Shown: positions 32,587-44,375 of the stretch, piece after piece
How positions within the stretch are numbered: the stretch's first letter is position 1
Layout: every line of letters begins with the position of its first letter
Notes under the pieces: generated by a model
Database searches by the model: none
The model's input: only the letters and a program-made list of their open reading frames with translations
Told to the model about the DNA's origin: nothing
Assembly (NCBI GenBank): GCA_965216325.1
Contig: OZ244160.1
Location: 896,001-960,000 of the forward strand
Length of the DNA stretch: 64,000 nt
Source of the DNA: Coraliomargarita sp.
GTDB taxonomy: Bacteria > Verrucomicrobiota > Verrucomicrobiia > Opitutales > Coraliomargaritaceae
Direction: 5' to 3'
Position numbers and translations under genes: made by a program

Positions 32587-33591
32587 ATGAAATATTTTAA
32601 ATTACTGAATGTCGTCACTGCTCTGATTCTTGGGGGAGTTTTGATCGCAACGCCGACACACTTACACGCAAAGGACGGAGACTCCGGTTCTGGTGGTTCC
32701 GGTAAGTCCGGTTGCAGCGGTGACTCCGGTTCTGGCGGCTCCGGTAAGTCGGGTGGCAGCGGAGACTCCGGCTCTGGTGGCTCCGGTAAGTCTGGCGGTA
32801 GCGGAGATTCCGGTTCTGGCGGCTCTGGTAAGTCTGGTGGCAGCGGTGGCTCTGGTGGCTCCGGTAAGTCTGGCGGTAGCGGAGATTCCGGTTCTGGTGG
32901 CTCCGGTAAGTCCGGTGGCAGCGGAGATTCCGGTTCTGGTGGCTCCGGTAAGTCTGGCGGTAGCGGAGATTCCGGTTCTGGTGGCTCTGGTAAGTCCGGT
33001 GGCAGCGGTGGCTCTGGTGGCTCCGGTAAGTCTGGCGGTAGCGGTGACTCCGGTTCTGGCGGCTCTGGTAAGTCCGGTGGCAGCGGTGGCTCTGGTGGCT
33101 CCGGTAAGTCTGGCGGTAGCGGTGACTCAGGTTCTGGCGGCTCTGGTAAGTCCGGTGGTAGCGGTGGCTCTGGTGGCTCCGGTAAGTCGGGTGATTCGGG
33201 GTCCGGTGGCTCTGGTAAGTCTGGTGGCAGCGGTGGTTCTGGCGGCTCCGGCAAGTCGGGTGATTCGGGGTCCGGTGGCTCTGGTAAGTCTGGTGGCAGC
33301 GGTGGCTCCGGTAAGTCCGGTGGCAGCGGTGGTTCTGGTAAGTCTGGTGGCTCTGGTGGCAGTGGCGGATCCGGTGGCTCAGGAGCAATACCTTCAGATG
33401 ATTTTGAAATCCATGGTGCTGTAGTCGCATGGCAGATCGAAGGCCGATCCGAGTTTGACTTCTATTTCGATGAACAGCTCAAGGATAATGGTGGTGAAAA
33501 CCCAACCTTCCGAGTCCATGAGTGGACTGAGTTGATCGATGCTGAAGATAAATATGACTTCGACAGTTTGAACGAAGAACAAGCGCAGTAA
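32587..33591 (+). CDS. secreted Gly/Ser-repeat protein carrying the C-terminal segment of the PilX-like domain
   Basis: Sec signal MKYFK...LHA|KDG; about 235-aa GS array; C-terminal EIHGAVVAW...FYFDEQLKD...HEWTEL aligns to the end of the cassette-1 PilX. Confidence 0.85.
   Translation: MKYFKLLNVVTALILGGVLIATPTHLHAKDGDSGSGGSGKSGCSGDSGSGGSGKSGGSGDSGSGGSGKSGGSGDSGSGGSGKSGGSGGSGGSGKSGGSGDSGSGGSGKSGGSGDSGSGGSGKSGGSGDSGSGGSGKSGGSGGSGGSGKSGGSGDSGSGGSGKSGGSGGSGGSGKSGGSGDSGSGGSGKSGGSGGSGGSGKSGDSGSGGSGKSGGSGGSGGSGKSGDSGSGGSGKSGGSGGSGKSGGSGGSGKSGGSGGSGGSGGSGAIPSDDFEIHGAVVAWQIEGRSEFDFYFDEQLKDNGGENPTFRVHEWTELIDAEDKYDFDSLNEEQAQ
32674..33384 (+). repeat. coding Gly/Ser/Lys/Asp tandem repeat array (mixed 14-, 12-, 11- and 9-aa units)
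   Basis: same peptide repeat as 31861-32427 with partly different synonymous codons. Confidence 0.95.
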
Positions 33592-33598
33592 TTTTTGC

Positions 33599-33631
33599 AA
33601 AACCTCCGAACCCGCTTTTCGGAGGTTTTTT
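33599..33631 (+). terminator. intrinsic terminator closing pilin cassette 2
   Basis: AAAACCTCCGAA/TTCGGAGGTTTT stem with T tail. Confidence 0.8.
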
Positions 33632-33693
33632 GTGCCTATCACGCAGCAGTTAATCGATTGCTACAGATGCTCTATTCTTTTGTTTTATGATTG

Positions 33694-33731
33694 AACCGTT
33701 AATTAACGTAAATTTACGTCGATTAACGGTT
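33694..33731. repeat. 38-bp palindrome of the 10-mer repeat family
   Basis: AACCGTTAATTAACGTAAATTTACGTCGATTAACGGTT; same termini as 23988-24162. Confidence 0.7.
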
Positions 33732-33757
33732 TCTATATAATCCAACGAACCTCCTAC

Positions 33758-34537
33758 ATGGACAAACAGACAGCTACCTTTGACTGGAGTGCGAAGCGCA
33801 CCATCAACTGGATCTTCTTTATCATGCTTGGCATGGAGATCCTAATCGTCCTCTTGGACGGTGTGATTACCTACGCGCGCACGATTCAGCACGATTCGAT
33901 TCGAGGCATGTTTAATATCACGCGCGAAGATAGCTTGGGCACCTGGTTCTCATGCCTGCAGGCTTTTCTAGCAGGGATGGCGTTTCTTTTGGTTGCACGC
34001 TCTCAGTCCTTAATCGGCAATCCTAAGTGGAAGATTATTGGTTGGGCGCTGATTGGCTGCTTTTTTCTCTATGTATCCGTCGATGATGGTATTAAATTCC
34101 ACGAGCGAATTGGCACGTTTATGGGGGATCTCTCGGAAGAGAAGGTTGACGATGGCCATACAGATACGATCTACGAACGTATTACGCATTTCCCTTCCTA
34201 CTATTGGCACATCTTCTTCATGCCAATTTTCATCTCGTTTGGTCTGTTTATGTTTACCTTTTTGATGCGTGAATTGAAGACATGGCAGTTGCGCATTATG
34301 CTGGTTACGGCCCTTAGCTTTTTTGTGATTTCGCAGGGGCTCGATTATCTTGAGAATATTGATGAAGTGCATGAATGGGTGCAAGAGACCTTCTTTCTTC
34401 GAGAATACACGGTCATGCACTTCTCTAAATCGATTGAAGAGTTCATGGAAATGTTTGGCACCACGCTCTTCCTGATGATCGCGCTACGCTACTTGTTAGA
34501 TCACTTCAACGAGCTACGCTTTAAGTTTCAGGATTAG
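33758..34537 (+). CDS. hypothetical multi-TM membrane protein
   Basis: about 6 TM helices with acidic/His motifs (REDSLGTWFS, SVDD...HE, EEFMEMFG). Confidence 0.8.
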   Translation: MDKQTATFDWSAKRTINWIFFIMLGMEILIVLLDGVITYARTIQHDSIRGMFNITREDSLGTWFSCLQAFLAGMAFLLVARSQSLIGNPKWKIIGWALIGCFFLYVSVDDGIKFHERIGTFMGDLSEEKVDDGHTDTIYERITHFPSYYWHIFFMPIFISFGLFMFTFLMRELKTWQLRIMLVTALSFFVISQGLDYLENIDEVHEWVQETFFLREYTVMHFSKSIEEFMEMFGTTLFLMIALRYLLDHFNELRFKFQD

Positions 34538-34540
34538 TTC

Positions 34541-36625
34541 TTAGTCCAGTAGCTCTAACAGATTGGCAAAGTCGTCAGTCCAGACCATTTGACGCTCTGC
34601 AATGTCGTCTGGCCATTCATCGATGTAGGCGAGCACTCTTGGATGTGAGAGAAACTCGGTATTATTGGAGAGCAGTATCCAGCGGGAACGTTTAATGAGT
34701 AAGGAAGGATCGCGCTCCCTGAAAACCACAAGTGGCTCCATTTCAAGTGCTCTAGCGGTGCCATAGAGCAAGGGTTGGAGATCGAAGAATTTATTCGAGA
34801 TGTGTATGGCTAGGATTCCATCGGGTTTAAGGTGCTGACGATAGAGTTCGAATGCCTCCATGGTTAACAGGTGGATTGGAATCGCGTCGCCGCTAAAGGC
34901 ATCCATTGCCAGAATATCGAACTGTTGTGAGCCACTTTTGTGCAGCTCACGTTCGAGTGAAATACGTGCATCTCCGATCACCACTTCAGTGTGATTACCT
35001 CGGCGGTCAAGATAAGTGAAGTGGTCGCGAGCGAGCGTTTCGACATCGGGATCGATCTCGTAATAGCGATAGCGGTCGTATTCGCCCTGATAAGCGCTCA
35101 ACGAGCCAGTTCCCAGTCCGATGATGCCGATATGAAACCCTTCGGTGCTCCCATCCCGTTGTGCTGTTCGAATAGGATGTCGGCGGATTGCGAGTCCAAC
35201 ACCGCTGTGGGCTGCGTAATAACAGTTTGGGAAAAACTCACGTTTGGGATCTTTTGCCTGCAGGCCATGATTAATGCCACCGTGATATAGTTTTATGTGA
35301 GGTGGTCGTCGATCATTTGAGCCACTTTCAAGCACGCGCATGACGCCATAGAAATTGCGAGTCGTCGCGAGCACGCCTTCGTGAAAGCGTGCTTGGTAGG
35401 AATTCATGAATAGCCCGAGGACAAGTAAGACGGCAACTAGAGCAGAGGTGAGTGGTATTCGGAAGATCTCTAGGCGCTTATCTTTGAAGAGGACAAGCCA
35501 GGCTGCGACAGTTAATGTGAGGATGAAGATGAGTGGGAACTCCCAGTAATCGCTGAAGACCTGAGGTGCGATAAAGGTGACAAAAAGACCGCCGAGCGCA
35601 CCTCCGAAGGAGATCGTCAGATAGAATAGCGTCAGATGCTGACTTGGTGGCTTTAAACGAACTAGTTCACCATGGCAGACCATACAGGCGATAAACATGC
35701 CTCCGATATAGACTGCGATTTGTGTGCTGATCCCTGCAATATCCAGATCGTAGTGTCTGTTTAGAAAGAGAAAGATTACTGGCACGATCAGTAGAAATGC
35801 CGAGAGCCAGATGCGACGTTTATACCAATGCGAGTTGTCGAAGCAGATAATGAAACTGATCAGATATAAACTTAGGGGAAGCACCCAAAGGAAGGGGATG
35901 ACTGCTACGTTCTGGCATACGAAGTTGGTTGCCGAAAGAAGGAGAACCGAACCACTTGCGGAGAGTAGTAGCCACAGGCATAGGCTGCCTAAGGTATAGC
36001 CTCGGTCCTTTGTTGCCTGCTGTGTTGGGGCAGCGTATTTCGTCGGTTTGGCATGTCTAGATACCAGCACCGCACTGGCGGTGCAAATCAGCACGAAGCA
36101 GGCGTATCCGGCTGACCAAAAGACCGTCTGCGTGCCGACCCCCATGTTGGGCTCAACGATAAAGGGATAAGTGATGAGACCGAGTAAAGAGCCCACGTTA
36201 GACAGCGAGTAGAGTCGGTAGGGGGAACGGTCAGGATAGGAGCGACTAAACCAATGCTGCAAGAGGGGCCCTGTTGATGAGATGATCATATACGGGATGC
36301 CGACGGTCGATAGCAGCAGTAAGATGAGCCCGAGTTCGGGTGAGCTGGCATCGGTAGGCTTTAGGTGCTCGCCGGGAGTGATTGGCAACAGGAACAGCGA
36401 TACTAGCAGTAGTGGAATATGCGCCCAGGCCTGGCGCTTTGTGCTGAGTGTATTACTCAACAGGTGTGCATAGGCGTAGCCCAGCAAGAGTCCGACTTGG
36501 AAAAAGAGCATGCAAGTGCTCCAAACGGCAGGGCTGCCGCCATACCAAGGGAGAATGTATCGGGCGATGAGCGGTTGCACCTGAAACAACAGGAATGCGC
36601 TCACGAAGATCGTTATGGCATACAT
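34541..36625 (-). CDS. fused membrane protein / spermidine-synthase-like SAM methyltransferase
   Basis: about 12 TM (FQVQPL, PYRLYSLSNVGSL, CHGEL) then GLGTG, YEIDP, GDAR, MDAFSGDAIP.HL, WTDD. Confidence 0.88.
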   Translation of the reverse strand: MYAITIFVSAFLLFQVQPLIARYILPWYGGSPAVWSTCMLFFQVGLLLGYAYAHLLSNTLSTKRQAWAHIPLLLVSLFLLPITPGEHLKPTDASSPELGLILLLLSTVGIPYMIISSTGPLLQHWFSRSYPDRSPYRLYSLSNVGSLLGLITYPFIVEPNMGVGTQTVFWSAGYACFVLICTASAVLVSRHAKPTKYAAPTQQATKDRGYTLGSLCLWLLLSASGSVLLLSATNFVCQNVAVIPFLWVLPLSLYLISFIICFDNSHWYKRRIWLSAFLLIVPVIFLFLNRHYDLDIAGISTQIAVYIGGMFIACMVCHGELVRLKPPSQHLTLFYLTISFGGALGGLFVTFIAPQVFSDYWEFPLIFILTLTVAAWLVLFKDKRLEIFRIPLTSALVAVLLVLGLFMNSYQARFHEGVLATTRNFYGVMRVLESGSNDRRPPHIKLYHGGINHGLQAKDPKREFFPNCYYAAHSGVGLAIRRHPIRTAQRDGSTEGFHIGIIGLGTGSLSAYQGEYDRYRYYEIDPDVETLARDHFTYLDRRGNHTEVVIGDARISLERELHKSGSQQFDILAMDAFSGDAIPIHLLTMEAFELYRQHLKPDGILAIHISNKFFDLQPLLYGTARALEMEPLVVFRERDPSLLIKRSRWILLSNNTEFLSHPRVLAYIDEWPDDIAERQMVWTDDFANLLELLD

Positions 36626-36808
36626 TAGGCAATGTAGGTTGGGTGAGTGTTAGTAACGCTTTAGAGGCTTGCTTTATAATGCAATTATTAGCGATTAACT
36701 TGTGTAACCGGAGTTATATTTATGTAAATCACGTATATTGATTGGGAGGATGCCCTTAGGTTCTTGACTGCGGTAGATCACTTAGGATTATACGAATTAA
36801 TCCCTAGT

Positions 36809-37657
36809 ATGCGCTACTTCATATTGAATTTGTTAGTATTAACAATCCTGAGCTCGGCAAATGCCGTCATTTGCCTGACCGTTGTTAATATTGAGGACAA
36901 TATTGCTTGGCCGACGACACCGGCACTCCCGGCGTTTGTCGTGGACGATGGTGATATTGGCACGCCTGGGAGTGGTATCCCGGACAATGGTAATTTCTAT
37001 GACGCACGCGCGCTTCGCATCGAGACGGACGAGCCCTTTCAGGTGCAATCTGTCAAAATGATCCTCGATACCACTGGTAGTTTTGATGATAGCTTGGCAA
37101 TTGATTTCGATCCCTTACTCAACAACGGGGTCGATTTCGTCAGCACTCAGGACGATGCTTTTGCCACTTCCGGCATTGGACGTCTCTCGGATGGGGCGCC
37201 GAATGCGTATACGCCATGGATTGCGAGTAGCGCGTTTCAATTGGAAGCGACGATTACTACGACTGGCACGACGCTCCGAGCCTTTTGGAATGGTGTCGAA
37301 ATCAATGTCGGAACGGGAGACCAATACTTTAACGAGGGCAATCCGTTGTTTCCCGGTGATCCAGGTTTTAACAATGCAAGTAGTTTTACCTTGGAGGACT
37401 GGGGATTTGCGGCCAATGGATCCGTGGATGCGGGGGTGTTTACAACGAATGCGATTCGACTGGGTAGTCTGAACACAGACCAAATTGGTGGTCATGATCT
37501 GACTTTCACGTTTTCGGAAGTGGAGATCACCGATGCCGATAACAACGTTTATGTATTTAACGATGTTCCTGCAATTCCTGAGCCTCGGAGCTATGTGCTC
37601 TTCACTGGCTTGTTGGCAATGGCTACAGTGCTGATTCAACGAGTTCGATCCGAGTAG
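36809..37657 (+). CDS. PEP-CTERM sorting domain protein
   Basis: signal peptide; C-terminal IPEP + TM + basic residues. Confidence 0.88.
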   Translation: MRYFILNLLVLTILSSANAVICLTVVNIEDNIAWPTTPALPAFVVDDGDIGTPGSGIPDNGNFYDARALRIETDEPFQVQSVKMILDTTGSFDDSLAIDFDPLLNNGVDFVSTQDDAFATSGIGRLSDGAPNAYTPWIASSAFQLEATITTTGTTLRAFWNGVEINVGTGDQYFNEGNPLFPGDPGFNNASSFTLEDWGFAANGSVDAGVFTTNAIRLGSLNTDQIGGHDLTFTFSEVEITDADNNVYVFNDVPAIPEPRSYVLFTGLLAMATVLIQRVRSE

Positions 37658-37676
37658 ACTCTTCCTACCTGGCCCC

Positions 37677-37710
37677 AAAAAGCCCGCAGCGATTATCGCT
37701 GCGGGCTTTT
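37677..37710. terminator. bidirectional intrinsic terminator
   Basis: AAAAGCCCGCAGCGAT/ATCGCTGCGGGCTTTT between convergent genes. Confidence 0.85.
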
Positions 37711-37731
37711 GTTTGAAGGATATAGAGACGC

Positions 37732-39603
<1,872 letters not shown>

Positions 39604-39690
39604 AGTTTGCTAGTTGTTTACTTAAAGATATTTGGAAAAAGTGGCGGATAGTAGAACGTGATTTGAAAAAATCAAGAGTCGGTCTGCATC

Positions 39691-39754
39691 GTAGAAGCGG
39701 CATCTTGCCGCTTCGTTTTAGGCTTGGTCGAAAGCGGCTAGAAGCCGCTTCTAC
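39691..39754. repeat. GTAG-type REP doublet
   Basis: GTAG-AAGCGGCATCTTGCCGCTT ... AAGCGGCTAGAAGCCGCTT-CTAC; the CTAC end supplies the TAG stop of the adjacent minus-strand gene. Confidence 0.78.
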
Positions 39755-40578
39755 TTTAGTAGTTTGCGGAAGGCGTCTTCCTGAATCCAGCCAGTTGCGC
39801 CGCCTTCGGTTTCGATTTTGACGAATTCGCCGTGTTGGTCGAGTTGCTGTGCGCGCTCGGCTGGGCGCACGGTGCCACTAATCGGAGCAACGCTGGCGGG
39901 TGCCGCGTGAAGGTCCTGAGTCTCGTTGATGACGAGAATGCCCGTTTGCTGAATGGGGGCCGTGAGGATGCTACCAGCGAGGGCGGCGGCGATCACGACC
40001 AGACTGATGGTCCGAAGAAACTTAATTCCCAGTCCGGGCGTGCGACCGCTCATCTTTGGGAGAAAAATACTTGCGAGTGCAAACCAGATACTGGCGGCTC
40101 CGAGGAGCACCCATTGTTGCAGCGTGAGTGATTGGGCTGTTAGTTTGAACCAATTTGCCGAGCTGGCAAAGAGTCCCAGCTCTTGGCGTAGCGCATCGAG
40201 CTTGTAGCGATACTCTCTATTGTGCGGTTCCAGGACGAGTGCACGCTCAATTTGCCACGCGGCTTCGGCAGGCTGCTCAAGTTGGTAGTAACTGAGTGCA
40301 AGGTTGTGACGCACGGCCGCGGTCTCTGATTCGTTGAGTGCAGCTTCAAACTTCGATACTGCCGAGGTATAGTTTTCTGCTGAGTACGCCTCGAGACCAT
40401 CGTTGAAGCTGTCTGCGGTCCCAGCTGTAGTAAATACGAGCATGAATAGAGTTAGTATCGTAATCGTTGCTCTGGCGGGATGCCGTCCTCGGCGTCCTTC
40501 CGAATTAGACCCGCGGACAGCGGGGACGCTGTCCCTCCAAACTCTGGGAATATATACGGTTTTTGCTGAGAGTCTCAT
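39751..40578 (-). CDS. BatE-like TPR + TM + SH3b protein
   Basis: TPR (HNLALSYYQL...ERAL.LEP), two TM, SH3-like KIET..GATGWI; true start may be further downstream. Confidence 0.8.
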   Translation of the reverse strand: MRLSAKTVYIPRVWRDSVPAVRGSNSEGRRGRHPARATITILTLFMLVFTTAGTADSFNDGLEAYSAENYTSAVSKFEAALNESETAAVRHNLALSYYQLEQPAEAAWQIERALVLEPHNREYRYKLDALRQELGLFASSANWFKLTAQSLTLQQWVLLGAASIWFALASIFLPKMSGRTPGLGIKFLRTISLVVIAAALAGSILTAPIQQTGILVINETQDLHAAPASVAPISGTVRPAERAQQLDQHGEFVKIETEGGATGWIQEDAFRKLLK

Positions 40579-42311
40579 AGTGCTTTGAGAAGAGGTTCGA
40601 GTTGTGCTTGCTGTTCTTTCCAGTCGTCATTGCTGCTTTTGTCCGAGAAGCGAAGGGCATCCGCGCAGGTGAAGATCGTTGCAATTGTTTGCTTGTTCGA
40701 GTCACTTGCGACGTAGTCTAGTAGCTGGTTTTGTTCTGCGTTGCGCAGATTACGCTTTGCTCTTTTTGAGAGAACAAGACGGATGGCCATTTGTGCGTGC
40801 AGATAAAACTCTTCACAATCGGCAGCACTCGCCGCACTACGGCGGGCAGTCTTTAGTTCCTTTGTGCAAGCCTGCTGCATGGCATAGTCGGGGTCCTCCC
40901 TTAAGCGTCTGTTGATGCAAGCACGGTAGCTAAGGCTAGCGAGTGTAATGAATCCTGCCAGGTTGATCAGCACGAAGGATATGCTGGCAAACGGATTGGC
41001 AGCATCCACCCGGCGAGCCGACGTTGAGCGATAATCGAGGGTGAGTAGGGCTTCTTCGGGAGTGAGTGCTCGGCTGAGGTTCTGCTCTAATTCCTGGTCG
41101 GATTGTTCTGCTTGGGATTCTTGCAAAATCGGTGTTGTCGCGTGCTGGCGGCCTTGCTCAACGCTAACTTCCAGGGATGGGCTGGTATATTCGATGTATT
41201 CAGACTTCTCTGGATCGAAGAAGGAAAATGTCACTTCCGGTGTTTTTAGCGTGCCCGTCCGTTTGGGGATCATGACGTAGTCGAAGCGTTTGGCTTGATT
41301 GTCTCCTTCGCCTTCGATCTGTGACTCGGGGGCATAGACTTTCCAGTCGTTGTTGTCGGGCAGTGCTGGCCCCTGAATGCGTTCGAAGTTTCCCTTACCG
41401 GTGAGTTTGAGCGAAAGCATGATGGGTTCGCCGGTTTTGGTGTTGTCGAGATCCGTGCTGACTTGCATTTGGAAGTCGCCGATGGCGCCTGAAAAGCTTG
41501 TTGGTTGGCCCTCGGTAGGAAGCGGAAGCACGTTGATAAAGACGGGGTCGGCTTTAATGGGGTAGCGCTGTTGGGTTAAGATGCGAACTTGAGATAGGAT
41601 TGCGGTCGCGCTGAGTTGCTGCTCGGGGCCTTGTTGAATGGCTGTGACTGTCATTGGCCAGCGTAGTAGTTGGTAACGGCGTCCATTTACTGTCGTTGTG
41701 CTGCGCGTAGGCGTGGCTTCTGTCTCGTTAATGCTGAAGCCATCTCCCTCTAGTTGTGCGCTCTCGTATTCAACTCGAGAGACACGTTCGTGCAGATAGA
41801 GGTTCGCATAAATGTCGATACTTTGACCAATGAACATTTCTTTTGGGGCATCAATACTGAGGAAAACCTGTTCGTCCGCTGTAGGTTCATTGCGTCGTTC
41901 GACGACGGTTAGGGATGCACTGGGGATCGTATACTCGTTGCCTTTGTATTCGATGTGATAGGCTGGTACGGAGAATTCTCCTAAGCCATTGGCAACCACT
42001 TCGACCTGCAGATCTATTGAAGTTTGGTAGAACCAGCGTCCGTTCACGCCGCTTTGTCTTTGTGATTGGTTGCCCCAACCGCCGCGGCGAAATTCTAGAC
42101 CGCCGATATTCGGTCCAATTGGAAGCGTTTCAAACCGTTCGATTTCAGGCGGTTGCTCGCTACTGGTTTCTGTTAGGGTAATCACGTAATAGGTTTGTTG
42201 CCCTTTGGCGATGACCTCCGGTGTGAAACGAGTGCTGAATGACACCTCCGCATGAAGGAGCTGTGCAAGGAGGCTAAGTAGAAAAAACGCAATTATTCGA
42301 AACTGAATCAT
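40575..42311 (-). CDS. batD: BatD-family protein
   Basis: signal peptide, VLPLP..GQP..FSGAIG, G.GN, FSFFDP...Y motifs; position in bat operon. Confidence 0.85.
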   Translation of the reverse strand: MIQFRIIAFFLLSLLAQLLHAEVSFSTRFTPEVIAKGQQTYYVITLTETSSEQPPEIERFETLPIGPNIGGLEFRRGGWGNQSQRQSGVNGRWFYQTSIDLQVEVVANGLGEFSVPAYHIEYKGNEYTIPSASLTVVERRNEPTADEQVFLSIDAPKEMFIGQSIDIYANLYLHERVSRVEYESAQLEGDGFSINETEATPTRSTTTVNGRRYQLLRWPMTVTAIQQGPEQQLSATAILSQVRILTQQRYPIKADPVFINVLPLPTEGQPTSFSGAIGDFQMQVSTDLDNTKTGEPIMLSLKLTGKGNFERIQGPALPDNNDWKVYAPESQIEGEGDNQAKRFDYVMIPKRTGTLKTPEVTFSFFDPEKSEYIEYTSPSLEVSVEQGRQHATTPILQESQAEQSDQELEQNLSRALTPEEALLTLDYRSTSARRVDAANPFASISFVLINLAGFITLASLSYRACINRRLREDPDYAMQQACTKELKTARRSAASAADCEEFYLHAQMAIRLVLSKRAKRNLRNAEQNQLLDYVASDSNKQTIATIFTCADALRFSDKSSNDDWKEQQAQLEPLLKAL

Positions 42312-42323
42312 AGCTAAAATCGT

Positions 42324-44375
42324 TTACCAGTCTTGAACCGGACGTGTGCGCCCGGATGGGGCTTGGTCGGTTTGATCGACAAAGGGGAGAAGTTGTTCGC
42401 TGTTTTGCAGCATGTCCAGTAAGCGCTGTGCATCTTCTTGTGTCATGCCTTCGAGCTGGACCGGTTGGGTGGCGGCTGGTGCTCCGTCTTGTTCGCCTGC
42501 TTCATTTTGTTGTGGCTGCGGAGTCGCTGATTCTTCGTCCTGTTCGGGTTCTTGTTCGTCTGAGTCAGGCTCGGGGAGTGGTTGGGATTCCTCGTTGCTT
42601 TGTTCTTCGCCTTCCTGTCCCGACTCTGATGGTTGAGTGTCTTGCTGCGACTCGTCTTCGCCGTCGGAGCTTTCGCTTTCTTGCTGTTTTTCTTCGCTTT
42701 GATCGCCTTGCTGATCTTGCTGGCTCTCATCCTGTGAGCCGGAGTCGGATTGCTGCTGCTCGGACTCGCTGTCTTGTTCCTCGTCTCCGGATTGTTCTTC
42801 CTGGTTTTCTTCGGGCTCGCCTTCGCCTGAATCGTTTTCCTCGGACTCTTGTTCGTCGCCGTCTTCAGAGTTCTCCTGATCTTGCTGTTGCTCTTGTTGT
42901 TTTAGGAATTCTTCGAGCGCCTGGCGCCGTGCTTCGACGAGTGCGGCGTTCTCGAGTGCTTGCTGGTCGTTGGGGTCGACTTCGTGCGCAGCTTTGAACG
43001 TGGCTTCGGCTTCTTTCCAAGTCGCGATGGCAGTCTCAAAGTCTTGTGACTGAAAGGCGGCCTCTCCGTTTTGAAAGACGCTGTGCGCCATGTTGTAGAG
43101 TGCGTCCCGTTGTAGCTTCAGATCGGCACTTTTCGAGATGGATTCACTGAAACTCTGAAGTGCGGTTTCGAATTTCGCATTCTCGATCTGTTCGTATCCT
43201 TTGTTGTAGAGCACTCGTGGATCGGTGACTGATTCGATTGGTTCAATCGAGGGAACGTCTTTGTCCAATACTTCGGTGTCGAGTGGGAGGCTTTCTTCGA
43301 TTGCGGGTTCAGCTTCTTGAGCTTGGCTTGGCTGTGGTGCGAGCAGGTTCAGTAAGATCAGGCTCATGGCCAATTGGGCGATGGGCCCTTTGCGCCTCCG
43401 TATCAAGATTTCGACTACAAGCAATACACAGGCAGCACACAGGGCCCATTGATATCGCTCGATGCGACGTTCCTGCATTTCGGACTCACGTTCGGAGCGA
43501 GGTAGGGTGGCAATGACGCTGCTGTAAAGTTGATCAAGGGATTCGTCGCTGAGCCGGCTATAACTGCCATTGGTGAGTCGTGCGAGTTCCTGCAAGGTAC
43601 TCTCGTCGAGTTGGCTGCGGACTGGTTGCCCTTGGGCATCGCGCACAAACTCTTCGGTGCCATTGGGCTTTCTCGTTTTGAGATATTCACCTTCAGGTGT
43701 GCCGATGCCGATGGCGAAGATCTTGATGCCTTCGGCTGTAGCGCTCTCTAGTGTCGGAATGGCTGTACCTCCAAGGTCTTCGCCATCGGTTAGCAGGACG
43801 ATGGCCTTGACGTTGTTTTCATTTGGGAAGGCCTTGATCGCTTCACCTAGGGCATTGCCCAGATCACTACCGCCACGCGTCATGCTTGCAGGAGTAATGG
43901 CATCCAGACTTTCTTTGAAGGCCGCGTAGTCGAGTGTCGGTGGGGTTTGCAGGAAAGCCTGACCAGCGTAAGCAACGATGCCGATACGATCACTCTCCAG
44001 ACGTTCAACCAGATCGAGGATTGCTAGTTTAGCGCGTGCGAGTCGTGTTGGGCGCAGGTCTGTGGCCAACATGCTTTTGGAGCTGTCGAGCACAAAGACG
44101 ATATCTAGGCCGCGAGCTTTGCGCTCGCTCCATTCGACTCCGTATTGTGGTCGGGATAAAGCAATCGCGATTGCAGTGAGCCCCAGTGTCAGGAGCACAG
44201 CCTTAATCCAAACGCGTGTCACACTTGCTTTTTCAGTGAGCTTCTTGAGCAGGCGGGGTGCAGCAAATTGACTGAGGAGGTTTTCACGCTGACGGAGTCC
44301 GTAGTAAGTTAGGCCTGCGGTGATCAGTGCAACGACAGGTGCTAAGTAGAGCCATATGGGGTTTTCGAACGTCAT
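42324..44375 (-). CDS. BatB/BatC-like fusion: VWA + TPR + acidic low-complexity region
   Basis: RPQYG, LDSSKSM (MIDAS), LLTDGED, TPR, E/Q/S/D tract, C-terminal QDW. Confidence 0.88.
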   Translation of the reverse strand: MTFENPIWLYLAPVVALITAGLTYYGLRQRENLLSQFAAPRLLKKLTEKASVTRVWIKAVLLTLGLTAIAIALSRPQYGVEWSERKARGLDIVFVLDSSKSMLATDLRPTRLARAKLAILDLVERLESDRIGIVAYAGQAFLQTPPTLDYAAFKESLDAITPASMTRGGSDLGNALGEAIKAFPNENNVKAIVLLTDGEDLGGTAIPTLESATAEGIKIFAIGIGTPEGEYLKTRKPNGTEEFVRDAQGQPVRSQLDESTLQELARLTNGSYSRLSDESLDQLYSSVIATLPRSERESEMQERRIERYQWALCAACVLLVVEILIRRRKGPIAQLAMSLILLNLLAPQPSQAQEAEPAIEESLPLDTEVLDKDVPSIEPIESVTDPRVLYNKGYEQIENAKFETALQSFSESISKSADLKLQRDALYNMAHSVFQNGEAAFQSQDFETAIATWKEAEATFKAAHEVDPNDQQALENAALVEARRQALEEFLKQQEQQQDQENSEDGDEQESEENDSGEGEPEENQEEQSGDEEQDSESEQQQSDSGSQDESQQDQQGDQSEEKQQESESSDGEDESQQDTQPSESGQEGEEQSNEESQPLPEPDSDEQEPEQDEESATPQPQQNEAGEQDGAPAATQPVQLEGMTQEDAQRLLDMLQNSEQLLPFVDQTDQAPSGRTRPVQDW

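Noticed and set aside
31788..33430. Pro/Glu-rich, His/Arg-rich and Val/Ala-rich ORFs in other frames and on the opposite strand
   Set aside because: These are shadows of the stop-free Gly/Ser repeat; only the GS frame joins a pilin leader or signal peptide and folded domains.
42440..42900. Acidic Q/E/S/D low-complexity tract as a novel repeat protein
   Set aside because: This is the usual linker of BatB/BatC-type proteins.
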